The notes below the pieces were generated by a model. The model did not search any database. It was not told the origin of the DNA and was given only the letters and a program-made list of their open reading frames with translations. Positions 1 through 11,550 of a DNA stretch of 64,000 bases are shown here, one piece after another. Position numbers and translations under genes: made by a program. Source of the DNA: Eledone cirrhosa. Its lineage: Eukaryota. The stretch covers positions 496,001 to 560,000 of the forward strand of contig CAXHJY010001472.1 of assembly GCA_964016885.1 (NCBI GenBank), in the 5' to 3' direction. How positions within the stretch are numbered: the stretch's first letter is position 1; each line of letters begins with the position of its first letter.

Positions 1-256
1 TTATCTCCCTTTGATTTTTTTAACAAATTATCTCCCTCTGATTTTTTTTACAAATCTCCCCCTGATTTTTTAAAAAAAATTATCTCCCCTTCGCTGGCTG
101 GAAATTATCTCCCCTTGGACACTGGAAATTATAGCCCCCTGGAGGGCTGGAAATTATCTTCCCTTGGACGGCTGGAAATTATCTCCCCTTGATTTTTTTA
201 CAAATTATCTCCCCCTGATTTTTTTTTACAAATTATCTCCCCCTGATTTTTTTTAC

Positions 257-283
257 AAATTATCTCCCCCTGATTTTTTTTAC
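257..283 (+). repeat. Representative monomer B, 27 bp: AAATTATCTCCCCCTGATTTTTTTTAC (T-tract mostly 7-11 nt)
   Basis: Read directly. Occurs in runs of about 2-11 copies, e.g. 177-472 and 43562-43863. Length varies through the T-tract. Confidence 0.98.
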
Positions 284-472
284 AAATTATCTCCCCCTGA
301 TATTTTTTTTACAAATTATCTCCGCCTGATTTTTTTAAAAAAATTATCTCCCCCTGATTTTTTTTTACAAATTATCCCCCCCTGATTTTTTTTTTACAAA
401 TTATCTCCCCCTGATTTTTTTACAAATTATCTCCCCCTGATTTTTTTTACAATCTCCGCCTGATTTTTTTAA

Positions 473-622
473 AGATTATCTTCCCTTGGCTGGCGGGAAA
501 TTATCTCCCCTTGGACGGCTGGAAATTATCTCCCCTTGGAAGGATGGAAATTATCTCCCCTTGGACGGCTGGAAATTATCTCCCCTTGCACGGCTGGAAA
601 TTATCTCCCCTTGGACAGCTGG
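473..622 (+). repeat. Six-monomer A cassette (150 bp) with fixed variant order, at least 35 copies in the window
   Basis: Tail order GGCTGGCGGG / GGACGGCTGG / GGAAGGATGG / GGACGGCTGG / GCACGGCTGG / GGACAGCTGG, followed by CTGCCCTTGATTTTGTTTTTAC. Tracked by the recurring 60-aa pseudo-ORF at 486, 2436, 4163, 5458, 7162, 9032, 10272 ... 63367. Confidence 0.95.
498..522 (+). repeat. Representative monomer A, 25 bp: AAATTATCTCCCCTTGGACGGCTGG
   Basis: Read directly. Occurs in runs of about 2-8 copies with recurring tail variants (GGAAGGATGG, GCACGGCTGG, GGACAGCTGG, GGACGGCTAG, GGACGGCTGA, GGACGGCTGC) and shortened 21-bp (GGCTGG) and 24-bp (GGACACTGG/GGACGCTGG) forms. Confidence 0.98.
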
Positions 623-3600
623 AAATTATCTGCCCTTGATTTTGTTTTTACAAATTATCTCCCCCTGATTTTTTTTACAAATTATCTCCACCTGATTTTT
701 TAAAAAATTATCTCCCCTTGGACGGCTGGAAATTATCTCCCCTTGGACGGCTAGAAATTATCTCTCTTTGGACTGCTGGAAATTATCTCCCTTTGATTTT
801 TTTAACAAATTATCTCCCTCTGATTTTTTTTACAAATCTCCCCCTGATTTTTTAAAAAAAATTATCTCCCCTTCGCTGGCTGGAAATTATCTCCCCTTGG
901 ACACTGGAAATTATCTCCCCTTGGACGGCTGGATATTATCTCCCCTTGATTTTTTTTACAAATTATCTCCCCCTGATTTTTTTTTACAAATTATCTCCCC
1001 TGATTTTTTTTTTACAAATTATCTCCCCCTGATTTTTTTACAAATTATCTCCCCCTGATTTTTTTACAAATTATCTCCGCCTGATTTTTTAAAAAATTAT
1101 CTTCCCTTGGCTGGCGGGAAATTATCTCCCCTTGGACGGCTGGAAATTATCTCCACTTGGAAGGATGGAAATTATCTCCCCTTGGACGGCTGGAAATTAT
1201 CTTCCCTTGCACCATTGGAAATTATCTCCCCCTTTGACGGCTGAAAATTATCTCCCCTTGATTTTTTTTACAAATTATCTCCCCTTGATTTTTTTTTACA
1301 AATTATGTCCCCCTGATTTTTTTTTTACAAATTATCTCCGCCTGATTTTTTTTAAAAATTATCTCCCCTTGGACGGCTGGAAATTATCCCCCCTTGGACG
1401 GCTAGAAATTACCTCTCCTTGGACGGCTGAAAATTATCTCCCCTTGGACGGCTGGAAATTATCTCCCCTTGATTTTTTTACAAATTATCTGCCCCTGATT
1501 TTTTTTTTTACAAATTATCTCCCCCTGATTTTTTTTTACAAATTATCTCCCCCTGATTTTTTTTACAAATTATCTCCCCCTGATTTTTTTTTTACAAATT
1601 GTCTCCCCCTGATTTTTTTACAAATTATCTCCTGATTTTTTTTACATATTATCTCCGCCTCATTTTTTTAAATATTATCTTCCCTTGGCTGGCGGGAAAT
1701 TATCTCCCCTTGGACGGCTGGAAATTATCTCCCCTTGCACTGCTGGAAATTATCTCCCCTTGGACGGCTGGAAATTATCTGCCCTTGATTTTGTTTTTAC
1801 AAATTATCTTCCCCTGATTTTTTTTACAAATTATCTCCACCTGATTTTTTAAAAAATTATCTCCCCTCGGACGGCTGGAAATTATCTCCCCTTGGCTGGA
1901 AATTATCTCCCCTTGGACGGCTAGAAATTATCTCTCTTTGGACGGCTGGAAATTATCTCCCCTTGATTTTTTTTACAAATTATCTCCCCTTGATTTTTTT
2001 ACAAATTATCTCCCCCTGATTTTTTTTACAATCTCCGCCTGATTTTTTTAAAAATGATCTCCCCTTGGACGGCTGGAAATGATCTCCCCTTGGACGCTGG
2101 AAATTATAGCCCCTTGGAGGGCTGGAAATTATCTTCCCTTGGACGGCTGGAAATTATCTCCCCCTGATTTTTTTTTACAAATTATCTCCCCCTGCTATTT
2201 TTTTACAAATTATCTCCGCCTGATTTTTTAAAAAAAATTAACTCCCCCTGATTTTTTTTTACAAATTATCTCCCCCTGATTTTTTTTTACAAATTATCTC
2301 CCCCTGATTTTTTTTTACAAATTATCTCCCCCTGATTTTTTTTTTACAAATTATCTCCCCCTGATTTTTTTACAAATTATCTCCCCCTGATTTTTTTTAC
2401 AATCTCCGCCTGATTTTTTAAAAAATTATCTTCCCTTGGCTGGCGGGAAATTATCTCCCCTTGGACGGCTGGAAATTATCTCCCCTTGGAAGGATGGAAA
2501 TTATCTCCCCTTGGACGGCTGGAAATTATTCCCCCTTGCACGGCTGGAAATTATCTCCCCCTGGACAGCTGGAAATTATCTGCCCTTGATTTTGTTTTTA
2601 CAAATTATCTCCCCCTGATTTTTTTTACAAATTATCTGCACCTGATTTTTTAAAAAATTATCTCCCCTTGGACGGCTGGAAATTATCTCCCCTTGGCTGG
2701 AAATTATCTCCCCTTGGACACTGGAAATTATAGCCCCTTGGAGGGCTGCAAATTATCTTCCCTTGGACGGCTGGAAATTATCTCCCCTTGGAAGAATGGA
2801 AATTATCTCCCCTTGGACGGCTGGAAATTATCTCTCCTTGGACGGCTGAAAATTATCTCCCCTTGATTTTTTTTTACAAATTATCTCCCCCTGATTTTTT
2901 TTACAAATTATCTCCCCCTGATTTTTTTACAAATTATCTCCCCCTGATTTTTTTTACATATTATCTCCGCCTGATTTTTTTAAATATTATCTTCCCTTGG
3001 CTGGCGGGAAATTATCTCCCCTTGGACGGCTGGAAATTATCTCCCCTTGCACTGCTGGAAATTATCTTCCCTTGGACGGCTGGAAATTATCTGCCCTTGA
3101 TTTTGTTTTTACAAATTATCTTCCCCTGATTTTTTTTACAAATTATCTCCACCTGATTTTTTAAAAAATTATCTCCCCTCGGACGGCTGGAAATTATCTC
3201 CCCTTGGCTGGAAATTATCTCCCCTTGGACGGCTGGAAATTATCTCCCCTTGATTTTTTTTACAAATTATCTCCCCCTGATTTTTTTACAAATTATCTCC
3301 CCCTGATTTTTTTTACAATCTCCGCCTGATTTTTTAAAAAATGATCTCCCCTTGGACGGCTGGAAATGATCTCCCCTTGGCTGGTTGGAAATTATCTCCC
3401 CTTGGACCGCTAGAAATTATCTCTCCTTGGACGGCTGGAAATTATCTCCCCTTGATTTTTTTACAAATTATCTCCCCCTGATTTTTTTTACAAATCTCCC
3501 AGTGATTTTTAAAAAAAAATTATCTCCCCTTCGCTGGCTGGAAATTATCTCCCCTTGGACGCTGGAAATTATAGCCCCCTTGGAGGGCTGGAAATTATCT

Positions 3601-3685
3601 TCCCTTGGACGGCTGGAAATTATCTCCCCTTGATTTTTTTACAATTTATCTCCCCCTGATTTTTTTTTACAAATTATCTCCCCCT

Positions 3686-6600
3686 GATTGGTTTTTACAA
3701 ATTATCCCCCCCTGATTTTTTTTTTATAAATTATCTCCGCCTGATTTTTTTAAAAAAATTATCTCCCCTTGGACGGCTGGAAATCATCTCCCCTTGGACG
3801 GCTGGAAATTATCTCCCCTTGGACGGCTAGAAATTACCTCTCCTTGGACGGCTGAAAATTATCTCCCCTTGGACGGCTGCAAATTATCTCCCCTTGATTT
3901 TTTTTACAAATTATCTCCCCCTGATTTTTTTTACAAATTAACTCCCCCTGATTTTTTTTTACAAATTATCTACCCCTGATTTTTTTTACAAATTATCTCC
4001 CCCTGATTTTTTTTTTACAAATTATCTCTCCCTGATTTTTTTTACAAATTATCTCCCCCTGATTTTTTTTTTACAAATTATCTCCCCCTGATTTCTTTAC
4101 AAATTATCTCCCCCTGATTTTTTTTACAATCTCCGCCTGATTTTTTAAAAAATTATCTTCCCTTGGCTGGCGGGAAATTATCTCCCCTTGGACGGCTGGA
4201 AATTATCTCCCCTTGGAAGGATGGAAATTATCTCCCCTTGGACGGCTGGAAATTATCTCCCCTTGCACGGCTGGAAATTATCTCCCCTTGGACAGCTGGA
4301 AATTATCTGCCCTTGATTTTGTTTTTACAAATTATCTCCCCCTGATTTTTTTTACAAATTATCTCCACCTGATTTTTTTAAAAATTATCTCCCCTTGGAC
4401 GGCTGGAAATGATCTCCCCTTGGCTGGAAATTATCTCCCCTTGGACGGCTAGAAATTATCTCTCTTTGGACGGCTGGAAATTATCTCCCTTTGATTTTTT
4501 AAACAAATTATCTCCCTCTGATTTTTTTTACAAATCTCCCCCTGATTTTGTAAAAAAAATTATCTCCCCTTCGCTGGCTGGAAATTATCTCCCCTTGGAC
4601 ACTGGAAATTATAGCCCCTTGGAGGGCTGGAAATTATCTTCCCTTGGACGGCTGGAAATTATCTCCCCTTGATTTTTTTTACAAATTATCTCCCCCTGAT
4701 TTTTTTTTTACAAATTATCTCCCTGATTTTTTTACAAATTATCTCCCCCTGATTTTTTTTACAAATTATCTCCGCCTGATTTTTTTAAATATTATCTTCC
4801 CTTGGCTGGCGGGAAATTATCTCCCCTTGGACGGCTGGAAATTATCTCCCCTTGGACGGCTAGAAATTACCTCTCCTTGGACGGCTGAAAATTATCTTCC
4901 CTTGGACGGCTGGAAATTATCTCCCCTTGATTTTTTTACAAATTACCTCCCCCTGATTTTTTTTTACAAATTATCTCCCCCTGATTTTTTTTACAAATTA
5001 TCTCCCCCTGATTTTTTTTTACAAATTATCTCCCCCTGATATTTTTTTACAAATTATCTCCGTCTGATTTTTTAAAAAAAATTATCTCCCCTTGGACGGC
5101 TGGAAATTATCTCCCCTTGGACGGCTGGAAATTATCTCCCCTTGGACGGCTAGAAATTACCTGTCCTTGGACGGCTGAAAATTATCTCCCCTTGGACGGC
5201 TGCAAATTATCTTCCCTTGATTTTTTTTACAAATTATCTCCCCTTGATTTTTGTTACAAATTATCTCCCCCTGATTTTTTTTTACAAATTATCTCCCCCT
5301 GATTTTTTTAAACAAATTATCTCCCCCTGATTTTTTTTTACAAATTATCTCCCCCTGATTTTTTTTTACAAATTATCTCCCCCTGATTTTTTTACAAATT
5401 ATCTCCCCCTGATTTTTTTTACAATCTCCGCCTGATTTTTTTAAAAATTATCTTCCCTTGGCTGGCGGGAAATTATCTCCCCTTGGACGGCTGGAAATTA
5501 TCTCCCCTTGGAAGGATGGAAATTATCTCCCCTTGGACGGCTGGAAATTATCTCCCCTTGCACGGCTGGAAATTATCTCCCCTTGGACAGCTGGAAATTA
5601 TCTGCCCTTGATTTTGTTTTTACAAATTATCTCCCCCTGATTTTTTTTACAAATTATCTCCACCTGATTTTTTAAAAAATTATCTCCCCTTGGACGGCTT
5701 AAAATTATCTCCCCTTGGCTGGAAATTATCTCCCCTTGGACGGCTAGAAATTATCACTCTTTCGACGGCTGGAAATTATCTCCCTTTGATTTTTTTTACA
5801 AATTATCTCCCTCTGATTTTTTTACAAATCTCCCCCTGATTTTTTAAAAAAAATTATCTCCCCTTCGCTGGCTGGAAATTATCTCCCCTTGGACACTGGA
5901 AATTATAGCCCCCTGGAGGGCTGGAAATTATCTTCCCTTGGACGGCTGGAAATTATCTCCCCTTGATTTCTTTTACAAATTATCTCCCCCTGATTTTTTT
6001 TTTACAAATTATCTCCCCCTGATTTTTTTTATAAATTATCTCCCCCTGATATTTTTAGAAATTATCTCCGCCTGATTTTTTTAAAAATTATCTTCCCTTG
6101 GCTGGCGGGAAATTATCTCCCCTTGGACGGCTGGAAATTATCTCCCCTTGGAAGGATGGAAATTATCTCCCCTTGGACAGCTGGAAATTATCTCCCCTTG
6201 GACGGCTGAAAATTATCTTCCCTTGATTTTTTTATACAAATTATCTCCCCCTGATTTTTTTTTACAAATTATCTCCCCCTGATTTTTTTTTTACAAATTA
6301 TCTCTCCCTGATTTTTTTTTACAAATATCTCCCCTTGGCTGGCTGGAAATTATCTCATCTTGGCTGGCTGGAAATTATCTCCCCTTGGACGGTTGGAAAT
6401 TATCTCCCCTTGGACGGCTGGAAATTATCTCCCCTTGGACGGCTGGAAATTATCTCCTCTTGGACGGCTGGAAATTATTTCCCCTTGGACAGCTGGAAAT
6501 TATCTGCCCTTGATTTTGTTTTTACAAATTATCTCCCCCTGATTTTTTTTACAAATTATCTCCACCTAATTTTTTTTAAAATTATCTCCCCTTGGACGGC

Positions 6601-9600
6601 TGGAAATTATCTCCCCTTGGCTGGAAATTATCTCCCCTTGGACGGCTAGAAATTATCTCTCTTTGGACGGCTGGAAATTATCTCCCTTTGATTTTTTTAA
6701 CAAATTATCTCCCTCTGATTTTTTTTACAAATCTCCCCCTGATTTTTTAAAAAAAATTATCTCCCCTTCGCTGGCTGGAAATTATCTCCCCTTGGACACT
6801 GGAAATTATAGCCCCCTGGAGGGCTGGAAATTATCTTCCCTTGGACGGCTGGAAATTATCTCCCCTTGATTTTTTTACAAATTATCTCCCCCTGATTTTT
6901 TTTACAAATTATCTCCCCCTGATTTTTTTTACAAATTATCTCCCCCTGATTTTTTTTACAAATTATCTCCCCCTGATATTTTTTTTACAAATTATCTCCG
7001 CCTGATTTTTTAAAAAAAATTATCTCCCCCTGATTTTTTTTTACAAATTATCTCCCCCTGATTTTTTTTTTACAAATTATCTCCCCCTGATTTTTTTACA
7101 AATTATCTCCCCCTGATTTTTTTTACAATCTCCGCCTGATTTTTTTAAAAATTATCTTCCCTTGGCTGGCGGGAAATTATCTCCCCTTGGACGGCTGGAA
7201 ATTATCTCCCCTTGGAAGGATGGAAATTATCTCCCCTTGGACGGCTGGAAATTATCTCCCCTTGCACGGCTGGAAATTATCTCCCCTTGGACAGCTGGAA
7301 ATTATCTGCCCTTGATTTTGTTTTTACAAATTATCTCCCCCTGATTTTTTTTACAAATTATCTCCACCTGATTTTTTAAAAAATTATCTCCCCTTGGACG
7401 GCTGGAAATTATCTCCCCTTGGACGGCTAGAAATTATCTCTCTTTGGACGGCTGGAAATTATCTTCCTTTGATTTTTTTAACAAATTATCTCCCTCTGAT
7501 TTTTTTTACAAATCTCCCCCTGATTTTTAAAAAAAACTTATCTCCCCTTCGCTGGCTGGAAATTATCTCCCCTTGGACACTGGAAATTATCTCCCCTTGG
7601 ACGGCTGGATATTATCTCCCCTTGATTTTTTTTACAAATTATCTCCCCTGATTTTTTTTTTACAAATTATCTCCCCCTGATTTTTTTACAAATTATCTCC
7701 CCCTGATTTTTTTACAAATTATCTCCGCCTGATTTTTTAAAAAATTATCTTCCCTTGGCTGGCGGGAAATTATCTCCCCTTGGACGGCTGGAAATTATCT
7801 CCCCTTCGAAGGATGGAAATTATCTCCCCTTGGACGGCTGGAAATTATCTCCCCTTGCACGGCTGGAAATTATCTCCCCCTTTGACGGCTGAAAATTATC
7901 TCCCCTTGATTTTTCTTTACAAATTATCTCCCCTTGATTTTTTTTTACAAATTATGTCCCCTTGATTTTTTTTTTACAAATTATCTCCGCCTGATTTTTT
8001 TTTTAAATTATCTCCCCTTGGACGGCTGGAAATTATCTCCCCTTGGACGGCTAGAAATTACCTCTCCTTGGACGGCTGAAAATTATCTCCCCTTGGACGG
8101 CTGGAAATTATCTCCCCTTGATTTTTTTACAAATTATCTGCCCCTGATTTTTTTTTTTACAAATTATCTCCCCCTGATTTTTTTTTACAAATTATCTCCC
8201 CCTGATTTTTTTTACAAATTATCTCCCCCTGATTTTTTTTACAAATTATCTCCCCCTGATTTTTTTTTAACAAATTATCTCCCCCTGATTTTTTTACAAA
8301 TTATTTCCCCCTGATTTTTTTTACATATTATCTCCGCCTCATTTTTTTAAATATTATCTTCCCTTGGCTGGCGGGAAATTATCTCCCCTTAGACGGCTGG
8401 AAATTATCTCCCCTTGCACTGCTGGAAATTATCTCCCCTTGGATGGCTGGAAATTATCTGCCCTTGATTTTGTTTTTACAAATTATCTTCCCCTGATTTT
8501 TTTTACAAATTATCTCCACCTGATTTTTTAAAAAATTATCTCCACTCGGACGGCTGGAAATTATCTCCCCTTGGCTGGAAATTATCTCCCCTTGGACGGC
8601 TAGAAATTATCTCTCTTTGGACGGGTGGAAATTATCTCCCCTTGATTTTTTTTACAAATTATCTCCCCTTGATTTTTTTACAAATTATCTCCCCCTGATT
8701 TTTTTTACAATCTCCGCCTGATTTTTTTAAAAATGATCTCCCCTTGGACGGCTGGAAATGATCTCCCCTTGGACGCTGGAAATTATAGCCCCTTGGAGGG
8801 CTGGAAATTATCTTCCCTTGGACGGCTGGAAATTATCTCCCCTGGATTTTTTTTACAAATTATCTCCCCCTGATTTTTTTTTACAAATTATCTCCCCCTG
8901 ATTTTTTTTTACAAATTATCTCCCCCTGATTTTTTTTTACAAATTATCTCCCCCTGATTTTTTTTTTACAAATTATCTCCCCCTGATTTTTTTTACAATC
9001 TCCGCCTGATTTTTTAAAAAATTATCTTCCCTTGGCTGGCGGGAAATTATCTCCCCTTGGACGGCTGGAAATTATCTCCCCTTGGAAGGATGGAAATTAT
9101 CTCCCCTTGGACGGCTGGAAATTATTGCCCCTTGCACGGCTGGAAATTATCTCCCCTTGGACAGCTGGAAATTATCTGCCCTTGATTTTGTTTTTACAAA
9201 TTATCTCCCCCTGATTTTTTTACAAATTATCTCCACCTGATTTTTTAAAAAATCATCTCCCCTTGGACGGCTGGAAATTATCTCCCCTTGGCTGGAAATT
9301 ATCTTCCCTTGGACGGCTAGAAATTATCTCTCTTTGGACGGCTTGAAATTATCTCCCTTTGATTTTTTTAACAAATTATCTCCCTCTGATTTTTTTTACA
9401 AATCTCCCCCTGATTTTTTAAAAAAAATTATTTCCCCTTCGCTGGCTGGAAATTATCTCCCCTTGGACACTGGAAATTATAGCCCCTTGGAGGGCTGGAA
9501 ATTATCTTCCCTTGGACGGCTGGAAATTATCTCCCCTTGATTTTTTTTACAAATTATCTCCCCCTGATTTTTTTTTACAAATTATCTCCCCCTGATTTTT

Positions 9601-11550
9601 TTTTACAAATTATCTCCCCCTGATTTTTTTTACAAATTATCTCCGCCTGATTTTTTTTTAAATTATCTTACCTTGGCTGGCGGGAAATTATCTCCCCTTG
9701 GACGGCTGGAAATTATCTCCCCTTGGAAGGATGGAAATTATCTCCCCTTGGACGGCTGGAAATTATCTCCCCTTGGACGGCTGAAAATTATCTCCCCTTG
9801 ATTTTTTTTACAAATTATCTCCCCCTGATTTTTTTTTACAAATTATCTCCCCCTGATTTTTTTTTTATAAATTATCTCTCCCTGATTTTTTTTTACAAAT
9901 ATCTCCCCTTGGCTGGCTGGAAATTATCTCATCTTGGCTGGCTGGAAATTATCTCCCCTTGGACGGTTGGAAATTATCTCCCCTTGGACGGCTGGAAATT
10001 ATCTCCCCTTGGACGGCTGGAAATTATCTCTTCTTGGACTGTTGGAAATTATCTCCCCTTGGACGGCTGGAAATTATCTGCCCTTGATTTTTTTTTACAA
10101 ATTATCTCCCCCTGATTTTTTTTTACAAATTATCTCCCCCTGATTTTTTTTTACAAATTATCTCCCCCTGATTTTTTTTTTACAAATTATCTCCCCCTGA
10201 TTTTTTTACAAATTATCTCCCCCTGATTTTTTTTACAATCTCCGCCTGATTTTTTAAAAAATTATCTTCCCTTGGTTGGCGGGAAATTATCTCCCCTTGG
10301 ACGGCTGGAAATTATCTCCCCTTGGAAGGATGGAAATTATCTCCCCTTGGACGGCTGGAAATTATTCCCCCTTGCACGGCTGGAAATTATCTCCCCTTGG
10401 ACAGCTGGAAATTATCTGCCCTTGATTTTGTTTTTACAAATTATCTCCCCCTGATTTTTTTTACAAATTATCTCCACCTGATTTTTTAAAAAATTATCTC
10501 CCCTTGGACGGCTGGAAATTATCTCCCCTTGGCTGGAAATTATCTCCCCTTGGACACTGGAAATTATAGCCCCTTGGAGGGCTGCAAATTATCTTCCCTT
10601 GGACGGCTGGAAATTATCTCCCCTTGGAAGGATGGAAATTATCTCCCCTTGGACGGCTGGAAATTATCTCTCCTTGGACGGCTGAAAATTATCTCCCCTT
10701 GATTTTTTTTTACAAATTATCTCCCCCTGATTTTTTTTACAAATTATCTCCCCCTGATTTTTTTTTTACAAATTATCTCCCCCTGATTTTTTTACAAATT
10801 ATCTCCCCCTGATTTTTTTTACATATTATCTCCGCCTGATTTTTTTAAATATTATCTTCCCTTGGCTGGCGGGAAATTATCTCCCCTTGGACGGCTGGAA
10901 ATTATCTCCCCTTGCACTGCTGGAAATTATCTTCCCTTGGACGGCTGGAAATTATCTGCCCTTGATTTTGTTTTTACAAATTATCTTCCCCTGATTTTTT
11001 TTACAAATTATCTCCACCTGATTTTTTAAAAAATTATCTCCCCTCGGACGGCTGGAAATTATCTCCCCTTGGCTGGAAATTATCTCCCCTTGGACGGCTG
11101 GAAATTATCTCCCCTTGATTTTTTTTACAAATTATCTCCCCCTGATTTTTTTACAAATTATCTCCCCCTGATTTTTTTTACAATCTCCGCCTGATTTTTT
11201 AAAAAATGATCTCCCCTTGGACGGCTGGAAATGATCTCCCCTTGGCTGGTTGGAAATTATCTCCCCTTGGACCGCTAGAAATTATCTCTCCTTGGACGGC
11301 TGGAAATTATCTCCCCTTGATTTTTTTACAAATTATCTCCCCCTGATTTTTTTTACAAATCTCCCAGTGATTTTTAAAAAAAAATTATCTCCCCTTCGCT
11401 GGCTGGAAATTATCTCCCCTTGGACCCTGGAAATTATAGCCCCCTTGGAGGGCTGGAAATTATCTTCCCTTGGACGGCTGGAAATTATCTCCCCTTGATT
11501 TTTTTACAATTTATCTCCCCCTGATTTTTTTTTACAAATTATCTCCCCCT
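3686..11550 (+). repeat. Higher-order repeat copy, 7865 bp (carries subtype Y segment)
   Basis: Delimited by the once-per-unit marker GATTGGTTTTT at 3686 and 11551. Second marker CTCCGTCTG at 5058 and 12924 (offset 7866). Contains Y marker TTCGAA at 7805. Confidence 0.92.

Noticed and set aside
177-472. Intrinsic or Pol III terminators suggested by the T-tracts
   Set aside because: There is no preceding GC hairpin or transcription unit; the tracts are simply part of monomer B.
177-472. Phased A-tract curvature (kinetoplast-type bent DNA)
   Set aside because: The long tracts recur every 26-30 bp (about 2.5-2.8 helical turns), not in 10.5-bp phase, so additive bending is not expected.
494-510. 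NF-kB/Rel-like site in GGGAAATTATCTCCC
   Set aside because: Half-site spacing is longer than the 10-11 bp GGGRNWYYCC consensus.
2788-6649. Programmed frameshifting or phase variation through poly-T tracts
   Set aside because: There is no credible coding sequence for the tracts to switch.
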